Positions 34,795 through 47,430 of a stretch of 64,000 nucleotides of DNA are shown piece by piece (within the stretch, counting starts at the first letter, position 1; every line of letters begins with the position of its first letter). The DNA is from Saccostrea echinata (taxonomy: Eukaryota). The stretch spans positions 24,304,001-24,368,000 of the forward strand of contig NW_026889758.1 in assembly GCF_033153115.1 (NCBI RefSeq). Reading direction: 5' to 3'. Below the pieces are notes generated by a model. It was not told where the DNA came from and ran no database searches. It worked only from the letters and a program-made list of their open reading frames with translations. The translations under genes were made by a program, and so were the position numbers.

Positions 34795-37700
34795 CAGGGC
34801 TAGACAAATAGAATTTTAAGGTACTTGCCCTCGGACAGGTGACCACCATAAAATTACTTGTCCCATCAAAAAAATTACTTGTCCCACCTTTTTGCACAAG
34901 ATAAAGAAAAAACACAAAAATCATTTACAATAACATTCTTTTACTTCTCAACTGTCTGATACAGAAGTTCTTCACATTCATCAATGTTTACATCCTTTGT
35001 ACATTCAAATTTGTGCCCATTTATGTGCCTCCCTTTTCCATCCGAAGTACTGTTTAGCCACTTTTCAATGGCAAGATCAGGTTTAAACTCTGCAAGAGAG
35101 GGACCCTCCACCATTATCTGTAATTGTGAATTTAAATTGTCCTGTGTCAAAGAAGACCTTAACCTTGTTTTAAGCAGTTTTAAACTTGAAAACACTCTCT
35201 CACACTTTGCAGTGGAGCAACTAAGACAAAGCATAAGTTCAACCACTTTTACAATGTTTCTAAGAGAAGGAACACCAGTTTGAACAAGAGAGAGATAAGC
35301 ATCATATATTGGCATGGTTTTGTATGGCGCCATGTACGCTTTTAAATTCTGGTATTCTGTGTGGATGTTATCTCTCTCTTGTTCAAATATGGGGTTAAAG
35401 TAATTAAGAATAGTGTCAAGACTTTTCATTCCATAAACACACAAAGTTTCCCTATCTAAAGGCCAGGTTTTAAAATTAAAAACTAGATTCATGTCTTTCA
35501 CTGGACTTTCCTTGAAGACTGAAAATCTACAATGAATAAAAAATTAAATAATGAAAAATATGTAATACTGTGACTTTTTTATAATTTGTAATATTTGAAA
35601 GACTTTTATGGTTTAGAATTTTTGAGAGAAAAAATGAATTAATTGAAAATGCATTTACTGTCTATTTTATTTATATTACAATATAAATGCATGTGAGTAT
35701 GTAAATTAAAGCTATTAATTAATTCATTTGAACCTTTCATCCAAGAAAGCAATGGTTTTGTCCAAAATGTGTTGTGTTGACTTGTCCTTAAAATCCACCT
35801 CAGGACATGGTCCAGTTAGTTTCACATCACCAAAGTATCCGGTGTCCGGACTGTACTTCCCCAGAAATTCTTGCATATTTTCTCCTGGGTGATACTTTAA
35901 AGATGTAAGTCTAAGACAAGCAGCTTCCATTTTGGGAAGAACTTCAAGAATCAATAAATCTTCTGTCTGAAAAAACTGATTCAATAGGAAAAACATAAAG
36001 TCATCAATTAAGATTAAGAACTCTGATTCTCTGAATTTCTCTTCACCCTTTGGCTTGTTCACTAGACAGTTAATTATTACTTTCATTTGAAATCATAATT
36101 TATTTTTGTAAACACCATTTTTATGCAGAGCATTTGATTTGCTCACAAGTCTAAAAACAGCATATTACCTTGGACAAATCAGCTATCACTCCTAGGATGT
36201 CAAGAAGTAGAAACATAGTTTTCAAGACTGATGAAGAGCATAAATCTTTTAGATATTTCTTTGCACTTCCAGCATACACATCTGATCTTGAAGCAGCTTC
36301 ACCAAGATGTGTGGTAATGACCAGTAAGTTGGTTTTGATGGCTTGTAATGCTTTACTCTGACTAGCTACCCATCTGACCTGAAATCATAAATCATTATCA
36401 GACTATGAGTATGTTGAATTAATCATACTACAATACATTGCACCAATTAAGTTTTTTAAATTATCTAAATTCAATTATCTTTTCTATAGGTACCACACTG
36501 AACAGTATACAATATTTGAAGCTTTTGTATTTATATTACAAAAAATTTATTCAATATTACATTGTTTATAATATTTTAAAATTTTCACCTCTTTTAAATC
36601 TGGGATATGGGCCAAGTCTGCTTCAAGGACTTCAGCAACTGCTTTTACTTCTCTCCTCCGTTTAGGGGATCCGTGGTAATACTTATAAATACCTTTGAGG
36701 GTTGCCTCCAGTCTGTGTAGAATATCAACATCCTTTACTGCATCCATTACAGATAACTGTAACTTGTGTGCAATACACCACACAGATATCAGATGAGAAT
36801 AATCTTTCATTAACTTTCCAGCAACACCATTTTTTTTCCCCTGCATAACAGATGCTCCATCAAAATTCAAACCCACAAGGCTAGGCCCACTCTCATTTGA
36901 TTTTAGAGACTCTCTGGTTAATCCAACAGATGACAAAGCTTTAAATATGCCATCAATAACACCATCTGCATGGCCATGTTCTAGATCGACAATTCCAACA
37001 AGCATAGTGACAGGGGTACTTGAACTTGGTGAAATGTATCTGACACAAACATTTTCTTGTTCCAAGTTGCTTACATCAGTAGTCCCATCAGCAAGAATGG
37101 ACACAAAGTTAGATTTATGCAAGTCTTCCTTCACTGCATCAGTCATGGCATCGCAAATTGCTTTGATAAAGTCCTTACACCGATTAGCGTTTAGGTAATT
37201 ATTTCCTAGATCAACACCTAACTTCTTTATCAATTGACAGTCTATTTCAAAGTCAGTATAAGGTTTTCCATATTTTGCTATCTTGTAGGCAATGTTAAAC
37301 AAAGAAGAAAATTTTTCTTTTTGTAATTTATTGAGTTTGCCAATAGCAGTCATAATGGGAGTCTCTGTTACTGTTGTGGCACATATTTTTGGCTGATCTT
37401 GTTTCTGTTTATAGTAGCTTGTATATAACAAGTGAGGTTCACTTACTTGATGAGCTTTCATAGATTCCACCCTGAAAAGAGCACATCCTTCGAAAAAACT
37501 GTTTGTTTTCTTAGAATGAGCAGGTTTTGCAATGTTAGGAAATGTTTTACAATACGAACAAAACATCAGGTTTTTTTCTTCGTCAAATGTCAGCCAGGGC
37601 CATTTTTCTTCCCAAGCTTTAATATAAACCCTTACACGTTTCGTCTGATCATACTTGCTATTTTTCGATACAACGTTATTGTTGTTATCAGGTTCTGCTT

Positions 37701-38097
37701 TCCTTTTCTCGCCTGGAAGGCTTTTAGGGCAAGGCATAGCGTTATCTTTCCTTGGCTTAGCGACAACAAATTTCTCCATGCTGATGAATCAAAATCTACG
37801 TTAAATTGATGCATTGACACGTTTCACAGGTATACATAACAGCAAAGCGTTTACTTGATACTACTTATAGACAGCGATTATACGTACTTCGGAACCTCTC
37901 TGATTTTATCTAATGCAACATGCGCAAGTTTAGTTTCGATTTTAAGAAAGAACGAATTGAATCTTGGAATTTATTTATTTATTTTTGTTTTACGGGAGAA
38001 GCACTTGTCCGCGGGCAACTCACCCTTAACAAAAAGCTTGTCCGACCAACAAAAGTGGTCGTCCCGGGCGTCGGGCAATGCTATTTGTCTAGCCCTG
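34795..38097 (-). mobile_element. Autonomous hAT transposon with 5-bp TSD (hAT5-like)
   Basis: 17-bp perfect TIR cagggctagacaaatag. GTAAT duplicated at 34790-34794 and 38098-38102. Confidence 0.9.
34941..37779 (-). CDS. hAT (ZNF862-like) transposase, 4 exons: 37779-36589, 36378-36169, 35975-35734, 35526-34941; 742 aa
   Basis: GT-AG introns in phases 0, 0, 2 give an uninterrupted frame. TTF-like Zn finger (WPWL..FCSYC..AHQVSEPH), ILADGTTD, FDGASVMQG, WCIAHKL, VRW and hATC motif STAKCERVFSSLKLLKTRLRSSL. Confidence 0.88.
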
Positions 38098-39893
38098 GTA
38101 ATGCAACCATGTTTGCTCATCACAGCCGGAAAAAAAATTGAATTTGTTATTTTTAGGAAAAAATCAATCCTCAACAATAAAAACGGATGAAATTTAATTA
38201 CATGCATTTCCCCCCCCCCCCTTTTTTTTTGTTTAAATTGTGAATCTGATAAAGCCGTTCTCTATATACAGGCTAGCAAGGAATTGATTTATCATAGTGA
38301 AATGCTTTAAACATGTTAAAATAAATTTATACAAACACCTGGCATATCGGACCTTTATGACACTCTAAACAGATATTAATATACTGCATGTATTACGAAA
38401 TACAAGTATGAAGTACAATTTTTTCTACAACAAAATTAAGCTGTTTGTGTATAAGTTGAATGCAAGTATTTTACATTTTGCCGATGAAAAATTGATAAAA
38501 AAAAGGAAAAAGAAAAAAAAAGGAAAGAAACAAGAAAGAACAAATGTTTGAGAGATCGGTCTATACCGTTCATTCTGACTTTGTGGGCAGAATATGAATT
38601 GCATAATACTCGAGTAGATAAGTTGCTGTTCTTCCTAACACGTGAAATGCTGAATAAAATTACAGTGTGCATCTATGTCACCTTTAAGATCTTGTATATT
38701 CCAAATATAAAGATACTTAAACGATTATGTTCAATATATGACGTTTTAGTCATAAATAACGCCATAAACGCAATATTTTGGCAATATAAAAGCAAACTTT
38801 AAAATTATTTAGCAAAAAAACTAGCGAGAAGACGTACTGATTTTTTTACCTCAATAGTTGTAATTTTTCCTCATCTTCATATTTTGAAATTTCTGAGTAA
38901 TTCGTCTACGTCTTTAAAAAGTTATCCGACTCTTTCGGTAAAATTGTTTTAAAAAAGTCATTTTCCTATATATTTCTATAGTAAAGCGTAAAAATAGTAC
39001 CGAAAACTATACCGCGTTTACAGTAATATAGCATTAAAACCACGTAGGCAAATTTAATAAAAAATTCAGATAATATGCCGCAAATTCTAAGGAACATTAT
39101 ATCAAATTTTCAGGATATGTTTTCTCGTAAGAATTTTTATGCAGTAAACCCGCGACCTACCTTAAGAAAAGAAAATATATAAAGAAAAAGTGTGTACCTC
39201 TCGCATTCATGTTAAATAGTGCCTATATACGGTGAAACGTGGACGCTACCTGTATCCCGAAGTCTGTGTAACGCAGAAGCGATAAACACACCGCGGAGGG
39301 CAAGAATTGCGATGACTATTCTGTAAGCATGCGTATCATATGACTGTTTATTTCTGTAATTATTATTTTTAAATTTTTATTCAATAAGTAATAGAGGCAT
39401 ACGTGAATAATCCATTTAATCAATATGTGGTCAGTGAAACATATTTTTATATAACTTCATAAATCTCAAGAAAAACAGACTAAAATACACTTGTAACTGT
39501 CAAAACACAATTTACACCCACTGTTTTCTATATAATTTTAAACTGTGCGAAGAAAAACTCCCTTTAAAGTCCAACCACAGAAAGCATGGATGTTTAGAAT
39601 ACTTGCATACACCAACAACTTGGTCCCATCGCGAATGCCAAGTGGATACTATATACATATCTAAAATTAAACGACATTTTTACTGGAATACGTGGGATCA
39701 GAGGCACATTTCTATATTTAGATTTTTGGGGGGGGGGGGTATTTTAGCACTATTGTTTAAGTGTTTCAAAAGGTATTAAATTACATTACTTTATTCTGCG
39801 TCACTGGTAAAGATCGTATGTACTATGTCATTAATCTCAATCTGAATATCTAACTCCCAGGAAGAAAATGAAATGTTTCCAGGTAATACATAC

Positions 39894-39924
39894 CGTGTAC
39901 TTTGTCTTGAGTCAGCTGGTTTAA
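39894..39924 (-). CDS. Calmodulin-like protein, 31-bp exon (LNQLTQDKVH/E)
   Basis: poly(T)gcag|TTA AAC CAG CTG ACT CAA GAC AAA GTA CAC G|gtatgt. Exactly 31 bp, phase 0/1, equivalent to the calmodulin ADQLTEEQIA/E exon. Confidence 0.85.
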
Positions 39925-40060
39925 CTGCAAAAAAAAAATAAAAATAATTATAATAATTTATTAAAAAAAAAAATAAAAGCCTGTAGGTAAATAACTAAGT
40001 AAATGTTTAATGACCAGTCTGCTAGTATTTATACAAAGATGATACTCTACATAGAGGATA

Positions 40061-40210
40061 TTCAATGTTTTGAAGATGAATACGGAATTTATTTCACGAG
40101 TGGGACAGGATTTTTTGATATTTTCACGAGTGCGAAGCAGGAGTGAAAATATAAAAAAAATCCTGTCTCACGAGTGAAATAAATTCCATATTCATCTACA
40201 AAACATTGAA
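40061..40210. repeat. Long imperfect palindrome with cacgagtgcgaagcaggagtg centre
   Basis: ttcaatgttttg...aatttatttcacgagtgggacagga pairs with tcctgtctcacgagtgaaataaatt...caaaacattgaa. Confidence 0.85.
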
Positions 40211-41524
40211 TTTTCTGTTTATTACATTTTCTTTGGTTTTCCCTTTGCCTCTGTCTTTTCTTAACACAGTGTCATAGGCTTGACGTCATGGTTGAGCGGT
40301 TAAGACGTCATAGCTTAGCAGTTGTGAGATTGAAAACATTACATAGGATGGATTTTAGCAACATATTTGGGGAAAAAATTCCAGTTTTAGCTCTATCAAG
40401 ATGGTTAGTTACTATCTCTATCTTATGACAAGCCAGAAATTATTTTTTACTACTTTGATATCCTTTCACACTGTTAGAGAATATCATTTTGGTATCCTTT
40501 CTCAATGTGAGAGAATATCACTTTTATTCAATAAATAATTCACAGTATTTCACTGTTGAAAATGTAATAAATGAATTATATTCATCGGTTCACTATTTCT
40601 GAGGTCAAGGACAAGGAAGCATTTCATTTAACTCGTTTCTTGACGTTACAAAATCACAATGACTTCCACTTCACGTGATAGTTGGTCTCGCATTATTATT
40701 GGAGATATTGATCTTGAGACAAAAAATAATTCAAAGATTACTGTCGCTAAGGATTAGTGGTTAAACACTTTGTTCAACCCATAATTACATTTTCAAAGCA
40801 TCAAGAGAATGTCTTCACTGGGTATAGTTGTTATTGCTTGCTAGTACTTGCTGAAACCAAACTCAAATTCAAGACTACAATTGAACGTCGTGGTTATTGT
40901 TGCCGCTTTAACTACAGCAGAGATATTTACTGGTTCTATTACGGATATCCCGTATTTTTTTCGGATTTTATTTTGAAAATATGGATTTACTTCTGGATAT
41001 TACCTTATGGGAAGCAGGACACGTCACAATTTTTACATCACAATCCCTATTAATAAAGATGCTAAAACATTTGAAATCACAAAATTTTACCAAAATCAAC
41101 AAGCATTCTGAGAGTATTGCATTAGCAATACTAGTCCCCTACCGGCAAGTGTAATCTGGTTCCAATTAAAAATTGAAAATGCCATAATTCCATAAAAAAT
41201 CAATGAAGCGGAACGAAATGCGAACTTGATCTTTAAATCATCAAGGTAAAGTCACATGCCAAAAATCAGCTCAATATCTGCAAGCGTTTGGAAAAGAATT
41301 GCGGAAAACCCTGAAAAATTGAAAAGGTCGTAATGCCGTCAAAAATCAATGAAGCGGGACAAAATGCAAACCTCATCTGTAACTCATCAAGATACACTAA
41401 CATACCAAAAATCAGCTCAATATCTGGAAGCATTTAGAAAAAAAGTGCGGAAAACCAAGTGGGACAGACTGAGAGACAGCTAGACAGACAGACGGACGGT
41501 CAGACTCAGAGGAAACCTGTAATC

Positions 41525-42070
41525 CCTCGGGGTCATGATTTAAACAAACTTGAATTTACACTACCTCAAGATACTTCTATATCAATGTGACTAAATATGG
41601 CTTTGTTGTTCCTGAAAAAAAGGTTTTAGAATTTTTCTCCTATACATTCACATGCTAAACCCTGATAGTGCATTGTGGCCCATCCTACTCCTAGGGGGTC
41701 ATGGTTTGATTGATTGATTAGGATTTAACGCCGAGTCGGCTATATTTCAGCCATATTTCGGCGGAAAATTTATTTTATATGACCGGTTATCATGGTTTAA
41801 ACGAATTTGAATCTACAATACCCGAGGATGTTTCCATATCAATCTGATTAAAGATGGCTTTGCTGTTCTTGTGGAGAAGATTTTTCGATATATATCCTAT
41901 GTAAAACTTTGATCCCCCATTGTGACCCCATCCTACCCCGAGGGTCATGATTTGAACAAACGTACATCTACACTAACTGATAATGCTTCCATATTAATAA
42001 GACATTGCTGTTCTTAAGAAGATTTTTGAAGACTTTTTCCTAGATATTCCTATGTAAAACCTTAATCCCC
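41525..42070 (+). repeat. ~165-170-bp satellite-like units (resemble oyster Cg170-type monomers), with a short SINE tail inserted
   Basis: Repeated ggggtcatgatttaaacaaacttgaatttacactacc...cccatcctac. The family name is from memory, not a search. Confidence 0.6.
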
Positions 42071-42084
42071 CGTTTTAATCTATC

Positions 42085-43316
42085 TATTACAAAGAGAAAA
42101 TTATAGACAGGGTTCTTTTCTGTAGCATGAAAAATAGAGAAAGGGGCAGGGCGGACTTTAAAAAATAATATAATAAAAGGCCCGGCCTCTATATTTCAGA
42201 TATCTTACTATTACAAGGCGAAAATTTTGAACAGGGTTTATTTTCGTAGCATAAAAACTAGAGAAAGAGGCAGAGCGAACCTTAAAACGCAGTATATTTA
42301 AAGGTCCGCCCTCTATAATTTAGATGTCTTACTGTTAGAAAGCAAGCATTTTGGACAGGGTTTATTTCCGTAACATAAAAGTTAGAGAAAAAGACAGGGC
42401 GGTCCTTAAAACGCAGTATATTTAAAGGTCCTCCCTCTATTTTTCAGATATTTTACCATTAGAAAGCAAACATTTTGGACAAGGTTTATTTCCGTAACAT
42501 AAAAACTAGTCAAAATGGCAGGGCGGACCTTAAACTGCAGTATAATAAAAGGTCCGCCCTCTGTTTTTCAGATATCGTACTATTACAAGGCGAAAATTTT
42601 GAACAGGGTTTATTTTCGTAGGATACAAACTAGAGAAAGAGACAGGGCGGACCTTAAAACGCAGTATAAGAAAAGGTCCGCCCTCTATATTTCAGACATC
42701 TTACTATTACAAGGCGAAAATTTTGAACAGGGTTTATTTTCATGGCATAAAAATTAGAGAAAGAGACGGGGCGGACCTTAAAACGCAGTATAATAAAAGG
42801 TCCGCCCTCTATATTTCAGATATCGTACTATTACAAGGCGAAAATTTTGAACGGTTTATTTTCGTAGGATACAAACTAGAGAAAGAGACAGGGCGGACCT
42901 TAAAACGCAATATAATAAAAGGTCCGCCCTCTATATTTCAGATATCTTACTATTACAAGGCGGAAATTTTGAACAGGGTTCATCTTCGTAGCGTACAAAC
43001 TAGAGAAAGAGACAGGGCGGACCTTAAAACGCAGTATAATAAAAGGTCCGCCCTCTATATTTCAGATATCTTACTATTACAAGGCGAAAATTTTGAACAG
43101 GGTTCATCTTCGTAGCGTACAAACTAGAGAAAGAGACAGGGCGGACCTTAAAACACAGTATAATAAAAGGTCCGCCTTCTATATTTCAGATATCGTACTA
43201 TTACAAGGCGAATATTTTGAAAAGAGTTTATTAAAAGTTTTCGTAGCTTAAAAAAAACTCGTTAAAATGGCAGGGCGGACCTTAAAACGCAGTATAATAA
43301 AAGGTCCGCCCTCTGT
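42085..43316 (+). repeat. ~121-bp tandem array, about 10 copies, each with an internal inverted repeat
   Basis: Unit tattacaaggcgaaaattttgaacagggt...AGGGCGGACCTTaaaacgcagtataataaAAGGTCCGCCCT. Confidence 0.92.
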
Positions 43317-46101
43317 TTTTCTTTTTTACCAGATACATGTATCTCATTTACAAAGCAAAAATTATGGAAATGCTGTAAGTTCCTATTGTTTTTTTTCTTT
43401 GTTGGTTCGTGTGTTTTTCCAGGGTAAAAAGATAATTAGGTTTTTAATTTTAGGATGGACGCTAAATTAACTTAGAAGACTCTTGGAATGGCCTAATTGT
43501 GCATAAGAAATGCATATATACTACATGTAGTGTACTTTTTTTCATTTATGCTGACAAAAAGACAAATTTTCATGTCAATTAATTATCCACTCTATGTGCA
43601 TTTGCAGGAGATATGTCTACTGTATTGTATATCTATGTGCAACCATAAACATCTGTCTGAAGGGACCACAGATATATATTATTATATAATTAGTAATGTT
43701 GATGACGTGCAACAAGAGAACTATAACCCCACCCCCACCCCCCATCACACACACATAAATAAAAAAGAAATAGCCGCTAAAAGTGGAAGAAAATCTAATT
43801 TAAACCAAAATCAAAATAAATATAAAAAATATTAACAAAAGAAAACGACTTGGTGATGTTTTATGAATTTTTATATCAGTACGATCTCAACAGACACTTT
43901 CCTTTTCATATTAGGGGGAAATACCTGTCAAGTTGCTCTGTAAAACTCCTCTGTAAATAGTATGGGATGATAAGATTTTCCCTAGTAAGAAGGTGGAAAA
44001 GGAGAAAATTCCGTACTGAAGCGTACTGAGAATTTCCTATGGTGGATAATAAAGCCGGGTTGTTTCTTCCAAGCTCGCTGCATGTCATTTCCGAAATTTT
44101 GCATTGCATTTCCGACATTTTTTGTTTTCATTTTACAATACAATCAACACTAAGTCTAGTAAAAATACAAAGTCTAGTAATAAAATGCAATAATTTCAAT
44201 AATAAAACATGCAATTTTTGATCACCAAATTTTAATGCCCACTGAATTATATTTGTTTGAAAGCACCGAAAAACAGAATCCCCTCAACTTTGATTACTTT
44301 ATTCCTTAAAACATAGTTTCTGTATGTCATAAATTCTATCTTAACTATCTGATCTCAAATTCAGTCTGATTATCTTGATTTGAAAAGATGAATAAAATTC
44401 ACAACTTACACTTGTATGTGTCCGAGGATAAAATCTTCATAAGATTCTTTTAAATATATGCAGAACTTATTATTTGGAAATCAATGAATTATTCTTGATT
44501 TATTCTTTAATTTTTTTTTTTATAAGGGAAATTTCAATTCTGTTTTCATTGCCGGAAAAGTACTTTATGATGATAAATGTCAGAGATGAAAATTTTAAAA
44601 TATCAGATGAAAACTACAAAATGTAGGGAATGAAATGAACAATATTTTAAAAAAATTCCAGAAATAAAATCCTAGGGTAGGCTCATTTTCCAAAAGGGGG
44701 AGGGGTCTTTAAACCCAAGCTCGTTTTTCCGGGGAAAAATATTAATGCGGGAGGAAAGTCTACAACATCAGTACTATTTAAACTATTTGACATGTTTCAG
44801 CATAATTTTGCTATACCCCACCCACCAAAAAAAAAAAGACCATTTATAATCTTTTCTTTTTTTTTGGGGGGGGGGTGTTTTATTGCTTAAAATGTTCAAC
44901 TCGATTGACTTAGGTTTGATTTTGCCAATTAATGCACATCTTCCTTCACTAGTGTTAACCCCGGGGTAATATCAAGCAGGAATGATATAATCTTTAGTCT
45001 TTAACTGGATAAGAAACGATGGTTATAAAAACTCCTGGGATATATTCGACTTCAAGTTTCGTCAAGTGAGACAATAGGCCTACCCCCAATGCACAGATAT
45101 GTTGTTTTAACAACAACGGTGTATCGGCTAGTACACCGTAACACAAGTCCCTGTTACAGTGACCCTCCAATTATTTCATAGTTAGGTTCAATATGAATCG
45201 TAAGAATTATGCATAATTATTAATAATAATATAATGAAATATCTTTCGAAAGATATGAAAATTCTTTTTGGGAAGTGGAAGTCGAAAGTTGTTAGGAAAG
45301 AGACTGTAATGAAATGATCATTGTTGGACTTACTAACACTATCTACTGAACAATGTGCCAGTGAAGGTATGCGTATCATATATATGTATTTTTTTTTTAA
45401 TTTTGCAATGATAATATTGATATCACTTAAACTATAAAAGACACATGTCGTACATGATTTTCCCATAAGGTAACTCGATCAACAGATCTTTGCATCTTTA
45501 TATTTTTTGTTTTGTGCAGTACCTGGGAGGTATGTACTACGGTAAGGAGCAAACAGTTAATCAGTGCTAACATCAAATTTTGAATAATTTTTTGATAGAT
45601 ATTTTGAGGTTTTGTACTGAAATATATCATAGTATTAGAAATACAATTAATTAAAATTGATTAACGAAATCCAGCAACTAGCGAGATATCGCGAGACTTG
45701 ATCCTGTTAGTATACATGTATATACAATGTACATACATGTACGTCCCTGGAACTCTATTTTGCTGGGAGGAACTATACCTTAAATAATTTAAAAAGATTA
45801 ATAAAGCTTATTAATTTCGAATCAATAAAGGAGAAAAATCTGCATATTAAACCGAAGGCGGACCTTTTATTATAGAGGCAGGCCGGACCTTATATGTTAT
45901 CGTATTAGGTCCCCCCGGACATTTAAACGAGGCGGACCAAATTTTATGCGACACCGGTTTCACCGGTAGGAGACTGATAACATCAAAACGTACTTTTCAC
46001 ACTTTATGCAATACTTCGCCAAGGTAAATTAATATTTTAATTTTTGACATCAAAGACAGCTGCTTTTTCAATAAAAATGGAACTCATATTAGTATACTTA
46101 C

Positions 46102-46116
46102 CTTGTTGTTGGTCAT
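46102..46116 (-). CDS. Candidate first coding exon of the calmodulin-like gene (MTNNK)
   Basis: ATG ACC AAC AAC AAG|gtaagt, consensus donor, phase 0 fits the 31-bp exon and gives a 158-aa protein. No homology support. Confidence 0.4.
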
Positions 46117-46339
46117 TTGCAAAATTATTTTGTTAAAAAACGTTGTGATTGTACACACATGTACTCTGAAGTTGATATTAAAAGATGCTTGAGTGTCTGA
46201 TTGACAATATCTATGTAGGTTTAGGAGATCAGGTCTTCCAACAACATGTTGGAATTTCCATGGTACCAACTGCGCCCGGTTATTAGCAGACCAATTTTTG
46301 TATTCAGATGAACCAGAATTCATTCACAAACTTCTACAT

Positions 46340-47060
46340 GAGTATAAGGAAAGAACTTGTTGTGGCCTTCAACTCGACATTTAGATATATCGATGACGTA
46401 TCATCAATTAACAATAGTTACTTCCATTCTTATGTCGATTCGATATATCCCAGTGAACTTGAAATAAAAGACACCACAGTGTGACTCATGTGTTTCATAC
46501 TTGGATATTTCACTATAAAAAGACCTTACTGGTAACCTAACAACACAACTTTATGATAAACGTGATGACTAACATTTCTATGGTATACTTTCCTTACTTA
46601 TGTAGCAATATACCCTTATCACCTGCATATGGGGTATATGTCTCCCAGTTGATTTGATACGCAAGAGCATGATCGATTTTTTAAAACGAGGCAAGCTATT
46701 AACCAACAAGTTGATGAATCAAGGATAATCAGTCTCGTTTGAAGTTATCATTTTTTAAGTTCTATTGTCGATACAATGACCTTATCAGCAAATACAATCT
46801 ATCATTAGGTCAAATGCTGACTTACGTTTTTCATACTAATTTTTAGACCATTATTTACACACTGAAATTTCTACGGATTTTTCGATTTACCCGATCATGA
46901 CAAATGCAAGGAGCACACAGCGGATGTGACCTGTCGACAGGGGATGCTTACAACTCCATGGTACCTGATCCCGCCTCTGATGTTTTTGGAGGTCCGTGTT
47001 TGCTCTGCTCCCAATTGCACTATAAGCTTGAATACTGTTCGTTATCTATATGTTTCATCC
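46340..47060 (+). mobile_element. 5'-truncated, decayed Penelope-like retroelement (RT C-terminus and 3' UTR)
   Basis: TFRYIDDV.SINNSYFHSYVDSIYPSELEIKDTT...LYDKRDD...CSNIPLSPAYGVYVSQLI, with stops and shifts. Confidence 0.85.
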
Positions 47061-47277
47061 GTGAAGTAAATGGCGTCACAATAGGACGTCATATCATTTA
47101 AATTCCGATTTTAATTCAACATTGGATAAATAAATACCCCGTCTGGAATAGCATTGTTTTTGTTATTACGTAATCATTACTGCTTATTAGTGTTTCCTTT
47201 AATCATTGACCAAATTTATCCTTTTATAATCTTTCCAGCATAACTTCAGTGCCTCGATAACAATGAGGCATTTTTGA

Positions 47278-47430
47278 AAATACACACCAAATAATGACTC
47301 TAGAATTTGCTCTACTCTCTTCTTGGATGGGGAACCTACACCTAGTAATCCACACCCAACAATTAATATGGGACACAAGGATAAGGTTACCATGGGAAAA
47401 CAAACACCAAATGAAAAATCCTAAGAGATT
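47278..47430 (+). pseudogene. THAP-domain relic, probably from a decayed transposase
   Basis: KYTPNNDSRICSTLFLDGEPTPSNPHPTINMG resembles the THAP C-terminal RICSxHF..G.PT..NP.PT. Confidence 0.5.

Larger units (their letters stand above)
34299..39161. mobile_element. Non-autonomous Kolobok-like element (~1.55 kb without the nested hAT)
   Basis: TTAA|ggtaggtcgcgggttt ... aaacccgcgacctacc|TTAA. A second copy of its right end lies at 54720-54857. Confidence 0.85.
41098..45978 (+). mobile_element. HINE whose 3' end is displaced by ~4.4 kb of other repeats
   Basis: Subterminal IR agtcccctaccgg (41133-41145) pairs with ccggtaggagact (45963-45975). Two ~120-bp internal units and an acag/acgg microsatellite at 41460-41500. 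Confidence 0.55.

Noticed and set aside
39198-39210. ATG AAT GCG AGA G|gtacac as a phase-1 first exon joining directly to 8494
   Set aside because: Weak donor and no homology. The 31-bp exon fits calmodulin structure far better. It cannot be fully excluded without transcripts.
42085-43316. CRISPR-like appearance of regularly spaced palindromic repeats, and the ORFs at 42515-43470
   Set aside because: The spacers are themselves repeated, there are no cas genes and the context is eukaryotic. The ORFs are translations of the tandem unit.
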